Source: an uncultured Candidatus Binatia bacterium
Lineage (GTDB): Bacteria > Desulfobacterota > Binatia > UBA9968 > JAJDTQ01
Direction of reading: 5' to 3'
DNA length: 64,000 bases
Assembly (NCBI GenBank): GCA_964291295.2
Contig: OZ219754.1
Span: 2,624,001 to 2,688,000, forward strand
Notes under the pieces: generated by a model
Databases searched by the model: none
What the model was told of the DNA's origin: nothing
Seen by the model: the letters and a program-made list of their open reading frames with translations, nothing else
Program-made: the position numbers and the translations under genes
Shown: positions 49,571 through 60,332 of the stretch, one piece after another
Layout: every line of letters begins with the position of its first letter
How positions within the stretch are numbered: the stretch's first letter is position 1

Positions 49571-50305
49571 CTACCGGCCGCTTCGTTCCCAGCGGCCGGT
49601 CATGTCCGTCACCGAGACCTGACGCCGGCCCTTGCGTACCTGATAGAGCATGCGGCCGGTGACTTCGAGACAACTCAGGGCGTTGCCGTAAACCAGTCCC
49701 GTATCCAGGCCGATCTTGTAGGGAAGATCGAAGAAGACTTCCTTCATGGGAGTGTGACCAAACAGGACGGTCTGGGGCAGGGTGTGCCGGTTGGCGATGA
49801 ACTCGTGCCGGATCCAGATGAGTTCCTCGCCGGTCTGTTCGTCCCAGGAGCGTGCCGGGTTGATACCCGCATGCAGGCACAGAAAGTCGTCAACGAAGTA
49901 CCAGAGGTCCAGCCCCATGTAGAACGCGACATGCTCGGGGGGCAGCGCCGCCAGGAGTCGCTGCCCGTCCCCGGCTCCCGGCGACGACCTCGCCGGGGCG
50001 GCGACGCCATAGCTCGCCAGCGTCGCAAGGCCTCCGTTCATCAGGAACGCGTCGCCGTGATTTCCCGAAAGGCCCATGTAGGAGAGCATCATGTCTTCGT
50101 GGTTGCCTCTCAGGAAGACGGTCTTCTGTTCGCCCCGCCCGCGCCAGCGGATGACGTAGTCGATGACGCCCTTGGACTCGGGCCCCCGGTCGATGTAGTC
50201 GCCGAGGAACACAACGGTGTCGCCCGGTTCCAGCGGCAGCGACTCGCTCAGCGCGGCCAACTCGGACAGACATCCGTGGACGTCGCCGATCACGTAGCAT
50301 TTCAT
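49571..50305 (-). CDS. Ser/Thr phosphatase-like metallophosphoesterase (PPP/PrpA type)
   Basis: GDVHG, GDYIDRG, LRGNHE, HAG, FGHT, LDTG motifs; an upstream in-frame ATG (~50413) is possible. Confidence 0.85.
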   Translation of the reverse strand: MKCYVIGDVHGCLSELAALSESLPLEPGDTVVFLGDYIDRGPESKGVIDYVIRWRGRGEQKTVFLRGNHEDMMLSYMGLSGNHGDAFLMNGGLATLASYGVAAPARSSPGAGDGQRLLAALPPEHVAFYMGLDLWYFVDDFLCLHAGINPARSWDEQTGEELIWIRHEFIANRHTLPQTVLFGHTPMKEVFFDLPYKIGLDTGLVYGNALSCLEVTGRMLYQVRKGRRQVSVTDMTGRWERSGR

Positions 50306-50454
50306 CGTGTGCTTGACCCTCGACGCCAGCCGGGTGAAGGCCAGTGTGGTGCGGCGAGGCGGCTTGCGGCTCGTGGGCCTTGCCTTTTCGGCGTCATCGG
50401 GATCATCCGCCATGATGGAGCCGCCGGGATCGGGAAACCGACAGGGGAGGACAC

Positions 50455-51522
50455 TCACCTGGATGGTTTCGACTTCTGGTACTTCCGGTAGTCGTATCCC
50501 GTGGCCATGGACAGCAGCAGATCTTCCATGCCGCCATCCTTCTCCCGTCTCAGAATCAGCAGGCGTTCGAAGAAATCGATGAAGGTCTTCTGAATTCGCT
50601 GCCTCTCCCCGTCCTTGCGCAGGTAGAAATCACGCAGGCTGGTGATGGCCGTTCTCAGGGCGGAGAACCGGAGCTCGTTGGGGAAGGAGTCCCACTCGGG
50701 CAGGGACAGGGGGCGCAGCCCCTCGTAGCCCAGGATCAGTTCCTCGAACCGGTCGAGGTGATAGCGGCCCCCGCAATAGCAGATCGCGTTGACTGTCGTG
50801 GCCAGGTCGAAAATGAACTTCCCGCGGCATGCCCGGTCGAGGTTCATGATCCCGACCAGACGCGAGCCCTTGAACTTCATGCTCTCCCAGGAAAGATTGC
50901 CGTGAATGACTCCCTTGGGCAGATTGTTGTCCAGATAGCCCTCGAGATAGTTGACCTCGTCATCCAGGACCCGGATGATGGTCCTGAGGTGCGCCGGCAG
51001 GCTCTTCCGGACCTCCTGATAGAGAGCCGCCACCTTCGGAAAGGACGAGCGGTTCTCGACACCCTTCTTGTAGCCCCTGCCGATGAGGTGGAGGTCGGCG
51101 AGCACGTGGCCCGCAGCTCCTACCTGCCCCAAGGTGAGGTTGCTCACCGGCACCTCGTCGCCGTCGATGTTGCGGCTGGCGGAGATGAACCGGCCGCCGG
51201 CGTGAAGGTAGTGCTGCCCGCCGCGGCTCTTCAGGGGCTGAATGCACTGAAAGCCGTGACGCCTCAGGAACAGAAGAAGGTCGATATCGTGCTTGACTTC
51301 GGCCTCGTTCTTGAGGCGGTCGATGGAAACGATGAACTTGCCTCGCCTGGTCTCCACAACGAAGAACGAATTGGCGGATTCGCGATGGAGTCCGGCGGCA
51401 GAGTAGAACTCGCCCAGTGCGAACTCCTCGGCGATGCTGGCAAGTTCCCGGGCTTTGGGTTGGGAGATCAGGCTGGCGGCAAAGGTTTTTTTCTCGGAAA
51501 GTTTGACGTCCGTGGAAAGCAT
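50455..51522 (-). CDS. type II homoserine kinase-like (APH fold) protein with degenerate catalytic motifs
   Basis: LADLH, LPKGVIHG, FDLA...N, ALR..I..L.DF typical of ThrB type II; HxD is HGN and DF is NL. Confidence 0.75.
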   Translation of the reverse strand: MLSTDVKLSEKKTFAASLISQPKARELASIAEEFALGEFYSAAGLHRESANSFFVVETRRGKFIVSIDRLKNEAEVKHDIDLLLFLRRHGFQCIQPLKSRGGQHYLHAGGRFISASRNIDGDEVPVSNLTLGQVGAAGHVLADLHLIGRGYKKGVENRSSFPKVAALYQEVRKSLPAHLRTIIRVLDDEVNYLEGYLDNNLPKGVIHGNLSWESMKFKGSRLVGIMNLDRACRGKFIFDLATTVNAICYCGGRYHLDRFEELILGYEGLRPLSLPEWDSFPNELRFSALRTAITSLRDFYLRKDGERQRIQKTFIDFFERLLILRREKDGGMEDLLLSMATGYDYRKYQKSKPSR

Positions 51523-51879
51523 GGGACTCCTCTGGTTACTCCAACCGGTTGCTGCCTGTCAACATTTTCGAGCCCGCCGTGAAGGCACATGGAAGGCACA
51601 CAGTCGTATGAGAATACTCGTGAAGAAAACGCAAGCAAGATTCGTGCCATCGCCAAAGTGTCGAATATTGCGGCCGTTTCGGCGCGCCTGGTCGACAATA
51701 TCGTCGCCGACATCGGCAGCCATGCAGTATTCCCAATAAATTCAAGGTGGTTATATGGTTCGACCATTGCGTCGACCACAGGGCTCGAAAGGCCCTCGGC
51801 CATGTCGACCACCTTCCCGCGCGTTGAAGTTCCATCTCCGGCACTGTAGGACACTACAGGATCGTGCGGCTGCGACAAA

Positions 51880-52305
51880 ATGTTGAGAGGCGGGACAATG
51901 ATTGAAGACGACGCCGGAGCTGGAGCATCCGAAGAGAATCCGGAGCGGACCGTCGCCGGAGAGCGGTCGGACTTGTACTACCACGGAATCATTCGGTGCC
52001 TTTCGTCCCGGAAGGGCACCGGGGTGGTCTGCACCGCCAGCGGCAGGGATGTGACGTTCTCGTATCAGATGGTACGGATGTCGGGTCCGGTGCGCTCACC
52101 CAAGGGGCTGAGGGCGGGTATGCGGGTGGGCTACGACCTGGGTTGGAGCGGCCACGGCCTCCGGGTCACCAGGATAAGAACCTATCCGCCGGAGGGCGAA
52201 GGGCGCCGGGGGCGTCCCGCGCCCCGGCAACGCGAGATGGCTCCGGCCCCGAAGGACAGCGCGAACCGAGGGAACGCGGACGAAGGGAACCACGAGCCGA
52301 AGTGA
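51880..52305 (+). CDS. hypothetical protein, possible cold-shock/OB-fold-like
   Basis: YYHGII...KGTGVV...GRDVTF...LRAGMRVGYD...GLRVTRI resembles the CSD strand pattern. Confidence 0.5.
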   Translation: MLRGGTMIEDDAGAGASEENPERTVAGERSDLYYHGIIRCLSSRKGTGVVCTASGRDVTFSYQMVRMSGPVRSPKGLRAGMRVGYDLGWSGHGLRVTRIRTYPPEGEGRRGRPAPRQREMAPAPKDSANRGNADEGNHEPK

Positions 52306-52340
52306 CGCCGCCGGCGCTCCGGGTGGCGCCGGCTTCTCGC

Positions 52341-53162
52341 CTACAAGGGCAGCAGCGTCAAGGCGAGGATCTGGCTGGACAGAAGCTCCCCCACGAACAC
52401 GCCGAGCAGGGCGATGTAGAACAGTCCCGTCGCCGCCATCGTGTTCCTGAACTCGGCGAGCGTCTTCCAGATCATGTACGACAGCACCAACGGCCCGAGT
52501 TGCGCGACCAGGAAGCGGGAGGCCAGCAGCATGGCATGATGGCCGAAGAGCCGCTCCAGCGTCGCTACGGTCTCGCCGGTGCCGAGCAGGTAGAGCAGGA
52601 GGGTCGCCACCATCTGCAGCCCGGTCTGAATGATGAGCATGACGACGAAGAATCGGAACACGCGAAAGAAGGGGTCGAGACTCTGACTGGTTTCAATGAG
52701 ATACCAGTGACCGATCAGCATGCCGACCGTCACCGCCCCCAGCAGCAGCGACGACACGATGAAGCTCACCGGAAGGAACACCGCCTCCACCGGGCCCGGG
52801 TCCGCCGCCGTGAAGCCGAACGAGGCGACCATCAGCCCGGCCAGACCGGTCAGTATCGCCGTGGAAAAGAAACGTGCCCGCAGGAAACCCCGCTCACCCC
52901 AGAGCGATATGAAGTAAAACACGAGGAAGAGCGTAAAAGTTACCAACAAACAAAGCTCCAGCACCTTCGCGAGGCCTTGCCTTTCGGGCAGGAGATCGAC
53001 GTGGCCCCAGACCGCCAGCACGGCGGCCACCACCAGGACGCCGGCCGTGGACTTGTAGAAGCCGCGTTCCAGGTCGTTGAAGGGCGTGACGGCAAGGCCC
53101 ACGAGTCCACCCACGGACAACTGGTAGAGAAACATCACGAAGGCGGTGGCGTAGGGATTCAC
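52341..53162 (-). CDS. multi-pass membrane protein with MLIGHWYL motif
   Basis: GTG start overlapping the menG stop; about 8 TM helices; GHWYL and NTMAATGLFY motifs. Confidence 0.7.
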   Translation of the reverse strand: MNPYATAFVMFLYQLSVGGLVGLAVTPFNDLERGFYKSTAGVLVVAAVLAVWGHVDLLPERQGLAKVLELCLLVTFTLFLVFYFISLWGERGFLRARFFSTAILTGLAGLMVASFGFTAADPGPVEAVFLPVSFIVSSLLLGAVTVGMLIGHWYLIETSQSLDPFFRVFRFFVVMLIIQTGLQMVATLLLYLLGTGETVATLERLFGHHAMLLASRFLVAQLGPLVLSYMIWKTLAEFRNTMAATGLFYIALLGVFVGELLSSQILALTLLPL

Positions 53163-53908
53163 GGGCTCGGGGCTCTTTCCACCGGTTCGGCGCTCGACCG
53201 GGGTTTGTCGGCCACTTGAAGGCAGATGGCGCCCTGGAGGTATCGCACGGTGCGGGTTTCGACAAAACCCGCGGATGCGATGATGTCCGCCACCGCACCG
53301 GGCGGGACAAAGGATCGGACCGAGTCGGAAAGATACCGGTAAGCCGCGGGATCGCCGCTCACCACGCTGCCGACCCAAGGCATGAGTCTTCCGAAATAGA
53401 GCCAGTAGAGGCGCGAAAAGAGGCCTGGAGGCGGAGGAAACATGTCCAGCGCCACCAGCCGCCCGCCGGGTTTGAGGACACGGTAGGACTCGCGGAAGAA
53501 CGACGGCAGGTCGCCGACATTACGCAGGACAAAGGCGCTCATCACCGCATCGAAGGAGCCGTCGCGCACGGGAGCGGACAGGGCGTGCGCCAGCACCCAG
53601 GCGGCCCGCGCCTCGAACCCCGCCCGGGCCGCCCGCTCCCTTGCATGATTCAACATGGGCTGCGAGAAGTCGAGGCCCACCACCCGCGCACCAGGGGCGA
53701 GCGCCCTGCACGCATCCAGGGCAAGCGCGCCGGTGCCCGTCCCCAGATCCAGCACCCGCGCCGGTCGGCCCGCGATGCCCAGGGCGGCGACGGCCTTGCG
53801 GCGCCACCAGGAGTCGAGGCGGAAGCTGATGATCCGGTTGAGCAGGTCGTAACGCCATGCGATCCTGTCGAAGATGTTCCTGACCAGGGTGTCGTGGGGA
53901 ACGGGCAT
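53159..53908 (-). CDS. menG: demethylmenaquinone/ubiquinone methyltransferase
   Basis: FDRIA.RYDLLN, LDLGTGTG, LRNV, RVLKPGG, AYRYLSDSV. Confidence 0.88.
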   Translation of the reverse strand: MPVPHDTLVRNIFDRIAWRYDLLNRIISFRLDSWWRRKAVAALGIAGRPARVLDLGTGTGALALDACRALAPGARVVGLDFSQPMLNHARERAARAGFEARAAWVLAHALSAPVRDGSFDAVMSAFVLRNVGDLPSFFRESYRVLKPGGRLVALDMFPPPPGLFSRLYWLYFGRLMPWVGSVVSGDPAAYRYLSDSVRSFVPPGAVADIIASAGFVETRTVRYLQGAICLQVADKPRSSAEPVERAPSP

Positions 53909-53939
53909 GAACCGGTCACCGGGCGCCCGCGGGCGCAGT

Positions 53940-54875
53940 TTATCTGTCGCGGTCCGTGAGCAGGCGCCCCAGGGCCTTCAGACCGTTTCGCTCCGCGGAA
54001 TCGGGCAGCCGATCGATATCGCGGGATGCCTTGAGGGCATACTTGCGGGAGAAGCTTCTGGCACGCTCGATGACCGTACCGTTGGTGATGGCGTCCAGCG
54101 CCCGCCGGATATCGTTCTCGGTCGGGGTTTCCGACTGAAAGACCCGGGATACGGTCTGGTGTCCGTCAAGCAGCGACAGGACGATGGGCAGGGAAGGGTT
54201 GCCGTCGCGCAGGTCCATGCCCGTGGACTTGCCGAGGAGATCGCGGGTACCCACCACGTCGAGCACGTCATCCATCATCTGGAAGGCGATACCCAGGTTG
54301 AGTCCTAAGTTCGCCGCCAGCTCCACGTGCCCGGGAGACGCGCCGGCAATGTAGGCGCCGAGCCTGGCCCCGGTCTGGAAGAGCGAGGCGGTCTTGCGCT
54401 CGACGATCCGGAGATAGTCCCGGGCGGTCACGGTACGGTTGCGGTTGAAGGATCCCTGCAGGATCTCGCCCTCGGTCAGGCGGGTGCAGGCATCCGCGGT
54501 CCACTGAACCACGGTCTCGTCAAACCTGCCGGCGAACTCGAAGGCCTTGATGAACAGAAAGTCTCCGGTCACCAGGGTGCGCGTCAGTCCGTAGCGCTTG
54601 TAGGCCGATTCCTTGCCGCGCCTGAATGCCGCACCGTCGATGATGTCGTCGTGAAGCAGGGTCGCCGCGTGAATCAACTCCATGGCCGTGGCGATGTCCA
54701 CTGCGTCCTCTTCCCTCGAGCCGCGAAAGGCGTTGAAGGTCAGGAGCGTCACCACCGGCCGGATGCGCTTGCCGCCGCCCCGGATCAGGTGCGCGGCGAT
54801 ATCGGTTATGGCGGACTCCCGGGAGCGGGTAGAGTCGGCGAGCTTCCGCTCGACCCAGTCCAGTTGGTCGGACAC
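53940..54875 (-). CDS. polyprenyl diphosphate synthase (IspB-like)
   Basis: GGKRIRP, LLHDDIID, GDFL, KTASLF, FQMMDDVLD; true start may be further upstream. Confidence 0.9.
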   Translation of the reverse strand: MSDQLDWVERKLADSTRSRESAITDIAAHLIRGGGKRIRPVVTLLTFNAFRGSREEDAVDIATAMELIHAATLLHDDIIDGAAFRRGKESAYKRYGLTRTLVTGDFLFIKAFEFAGRFDETVVQWTADACTRLTEGEILQGSFNRNRTVTARDYLRIVERKTASLFQTGARLGAYIAGASPGHVELAANLGLNLGIAFQMMDDVLDVVGTRDLLGKSTGMDLRDGNPSLPIVLSLLDGHQTVSRVFQSETPTENDIRRALDAITNGTVIERARSFSRKYALKASRDIDRLPDSAERNGLKALGRLLTDRDR

Positions 54876-55024
54876 AAGGCCGTAAGGATCTACCGGATCG
54901 CAGGAAGAGGTGTACTCCCCGGCAACGTCCTTCGGACAGTCCCGGGGGTTTGTCTCATGCTGTTGCGGTGGCAGAAGTGACTCCGTTCAGGCTGGGTTCT
55001 GGTCGAGATGACTCACGATCGCAT

Positions 55025-55055
55025 AAAAAAGCGGGGCGGTCAAGGTGACCGCTGG
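55025..55055 (-). terminator. rho-independent terminator after tRNA-Leu
   Basis: On the minus strand GCGGTCA-CCT-TGACCGC hairpin followed by CCCGCTTTTTT. Confidence 0.55.
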
Positions 55056-55064
55056 CGCGGATGG

Positions 55065-55152
55065 TGGTGCGAAAGGGGGGAATTGAACCCCCACGGGATT
55101 GCTCCCACAGGATCCTGAATCCTGCGCGTCTACCAAATTCCGCCACTTTCGC
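55065..55152 (-). tRNA. tRNA-Leu(CAG)
   Basis: GCGAAAG/CTTTCGC acceptor stem plus ACCA, D-loop GGCGGAATTTGGTAGACGC, anticodon arm CAGGA-TTCAGGA-TCCTG, long variable arm, GGGGG-TTCAATT-CCCCC T-arm. Confidence 0.95.
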
Positions 55153-55304
55153 ACGGCGAGGAAAGGTTCTATATGTAGCAGTGGCTGCGGCATTGTCAAG
55201 CGCGCCGCACCAAAACGCGGCACAAGACCGGGCGGCACCGGAAAAGTCGGGATCCGGAGAGTGTCGAGACCCGATGTCGTCTGCTACCATGAAACGTCGG
55301 TGAA

Positions 55305-55799
55305 ATGGCCAGCATCCTCATCATCGAAAGCCATCCCATCCTGCGCGAGGCATTGCGGCGGTTCCTGTTCCCGGAGCACCAGACCGTGGTGCGGGAGCGT
55401 TGGTCCGGCTCGTCGAATCCCGAGGGTTGCGACCTCGTGATCGTCGATCACGAGACCCTGCGGAACCAGGGCGACGCGGACGAGTTGCACCGGACGCTTC
55501 AGCGTCTGGGGATCCCCGGCGTCTGGCTTCACCAGGGGGCGCCGCCATCGCTCAAGCCCGGCGGGCTTGCGGCAACCGTGGCCAAGCCCCTGGAGGGCGC
55601 CGCCCTGGAGGCGGCCATGCAGTCCCTGCTGGAGGGGCGCCGACCGCGGACGCCCGCAGCATCGAGACCGGCACCGGACACCCCGCCGCCGGAGCAGGGG
55701 CGTCCGGGCGGCGGGACCATCGAACTCGCCGAGGTCGTCGACGAGGTGGATTCCCGGGAATCGGACGAGGCAACCCGGGAAAGGTCTGCAAAACCCTGA
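55305..55799 (+). CDS. atypical receiver-domain-like protein
   Basis: ILIIESHP...DLVIVD...AKP receiver pattern plus Pro-rich tail. Confidence 0.5.
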   Translation: MASILIIESHPILREALRRFLFPEHQTVVRERWSGSSNPEGCDLVIVDHETLRNQGDADELHRTLQRLGIPGVWLHQGAPPSLKPGGLAATVAKPLEGAALEAAMQSLLEGRRPRTPAASRPAPDTPPPEQGRPGGGTIELAEVVDEVDSRESDEATRERSAKP

Positions 55800-55946
55800 G
55801 TTCGCCGAGACTGAATCAATGAAATCAACAGGTTGCGAGCAGTTGACTATCGCGCCAGCGCCCTGACCGGACTTTCCCCGGGGACACCCGCAACCGCGTG
55901 CGGGCCACACCGGGCGCGCGGCCACACCGCATTCATTGGGAGTTCC

Positions 55947-58687
<2,741 letters not shown>

Positions 58688-58694
<7 letters not shown>

Positions 58695-59485
58695 CGGCGG
58701 CGCGGATTCGCCAGGGCCTCGGGACGAAGCGTCTGGGCCGCCGCATCGACGTCCATCCCGAGTTGGCGTCCACCAACCGCACCGCCCGTGCACTGGCGGA
58801 AGCGGGCGAGCCCGAAGGTGCCATCGTCATCGCCGAGGCCCAGACCCGGGGACAGGGCAGGATGGGGCGGCAGTGGCTTTCCCCCGCGCATCTCAACCTT
58901 TGCATCTCCTTTGTCCTGCGGCCCCGGCTCGACCCCGCGGAGTCGGCGAAGACGACGCTGCTGGCGGCGGTGGCGGTAGCGGACACCCTGACGCCGCTCG
59001 TGCCTTGCGCTCCCCGGATCAAATGGCCCAACGACGTGCTGCTGGGCGGCAGAAAGGTGGCCGGTATCCTGAGCGAGCTGGTCTGCGAACCCGGACGGAC
59101 TTCGTTCGTGATCGTCGGTATCGGCATCAACCTCAACTTCCCCAGAAATCTCATGCCCCCGGCCATCCGCGAGCGTGCCACCTCCGTGATGGAAGAGACC
59201 GGAAAGCCCGTGGACCGGGCCGCCGTCGCCCGCTCTCTGGTGCGTAACCTGGACAACCGCTATATCGAGTTCGAGGAGCGCGGTTTCGCACCCATCGCGC
59301 GAAGCTGGAATGGGTACGCGCGCATGGACGGGCAGTGGGTGCGTGCCCGTACTTCGGAGCAAGAGCGGGTGGGGCGGGTGCGGGAACTCGACGGGAACGG
59401 TTTCCTGGTACTGGAGTGGGGCGACGGCGGTACCGAGCGGGTGGTGAGCGGGGATGTTTTCCTGATGGAAGAAGGAACGCCGTAG
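58688..59485 (+). CDS. birA: biotin--protein ligase (no N-terminal HTH)
   Basis: STN, QTRGQGRMGRQW, IKWPNDV, KVAGIL, GIGIN. Confidence 0.92.
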
Positions 59486-60276
59486 TGTTGCTGGCCATCG
59501 ACATCGGAAACAGCAACATGGTGCTGGGTGTCTACCGTGGCCGGGATCTGGTGACCCACTGGCGTCTGGTGACCCAGCCGGAACGCACGGTGGACGAGTA
59601 CGGGGCGCTCATCGGCAACCTCGCCGCCACCCAGAACATTGGCCGTGACGCCATCGACGCCATCATTGTCTCCTGCGTGGTGCCGCCCATGGTGGGCATG
59701 ATCGACGAGCTGGGGCGGAAGCTCTTCGGCGTCAGGCCGTCACTCGTGGGGCCGGGCCTCAAGACCGGCATGCCGATCCTCTACGACAGCCCGCAGGACG
59801 TAGGTGCCGACCGTATCGCCAACGGCGTGGCCGCCTACGACCGCTTTCACGCCGCCTGCGTGGTCATCGACTTCGGCACCGCCACGACCTTTGACTGCGT
59901 ATCCGGGAACGGAGAATACTTGGGGGGGCTCATCGCGCCCGGTCTCGTCATCGCCCTGGAGGCGCTGTATCAACGGGCCTCCAAGCTTCCCCGGGTGGAG
60001 GTGTTGTGCCCGGCCAGCGTCATTGGCAAGTCGACGGTGCATTCGATCCAGTCCGGCATCTACTACGGCTACGTGGGGCTGGTGGACGGCATCGTGCAAC
60101 GCATTGAGCGGGAGAACCGCATCAAGGCAAGGGTGGTGGCCACCGGCGGCGTGGCATCGCTCATCGCCCACGAATCGGCGGTCATCGAGGATGTGGACGA
60201 ATTCTTGACGTTGGAAGGGTTACGACTTATCTACGAAAAGAACGCGGCACCGCCGGCCCGCAGGCGAAGGTCCTGA
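59485..60276 (+). CDS. coaX: type III pantothenate kinase
   Basis: LAIDIGNS, VGADR, DFGTATT, GGLIAPG, ATGG. Confidence 0.92.
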   Translation: MLLAIDIGNSNMVLGVYRGRDLVTHWRLVTQPERTVDEYGALIGNLAATQNIGRDAIDAIIVSCVVPPMVGMIDELGRKLFGVRPSLVGPGLKTGMPILYDSPQDVGADRIANGVAAYDRFHAACVVIDFGTATTFDCVSGNGEYLGGLIAPGLVIALEALYQRASKLPRVEVLCPASVIGKSTVHSIQSGIYYGYVGLVDGIVQRIERENRIKARVVATGGVASLIAHESAVIEDVDEFLTLEGLRLIYEKNAAPPARRRRS

Positions 60277-60332
60277 CGGAAAGGCGCGCCCGCGCCGCGG
60301 TACCTTCGGAAAGGGTCAAGGGAGGTTGATTC

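Noticed and set aside
54960-55152. tRNA-Leu as an island integration site
   Set aside because: No integrase and no duplicated tRNA 3' end found; flanking genes are housekeeping.
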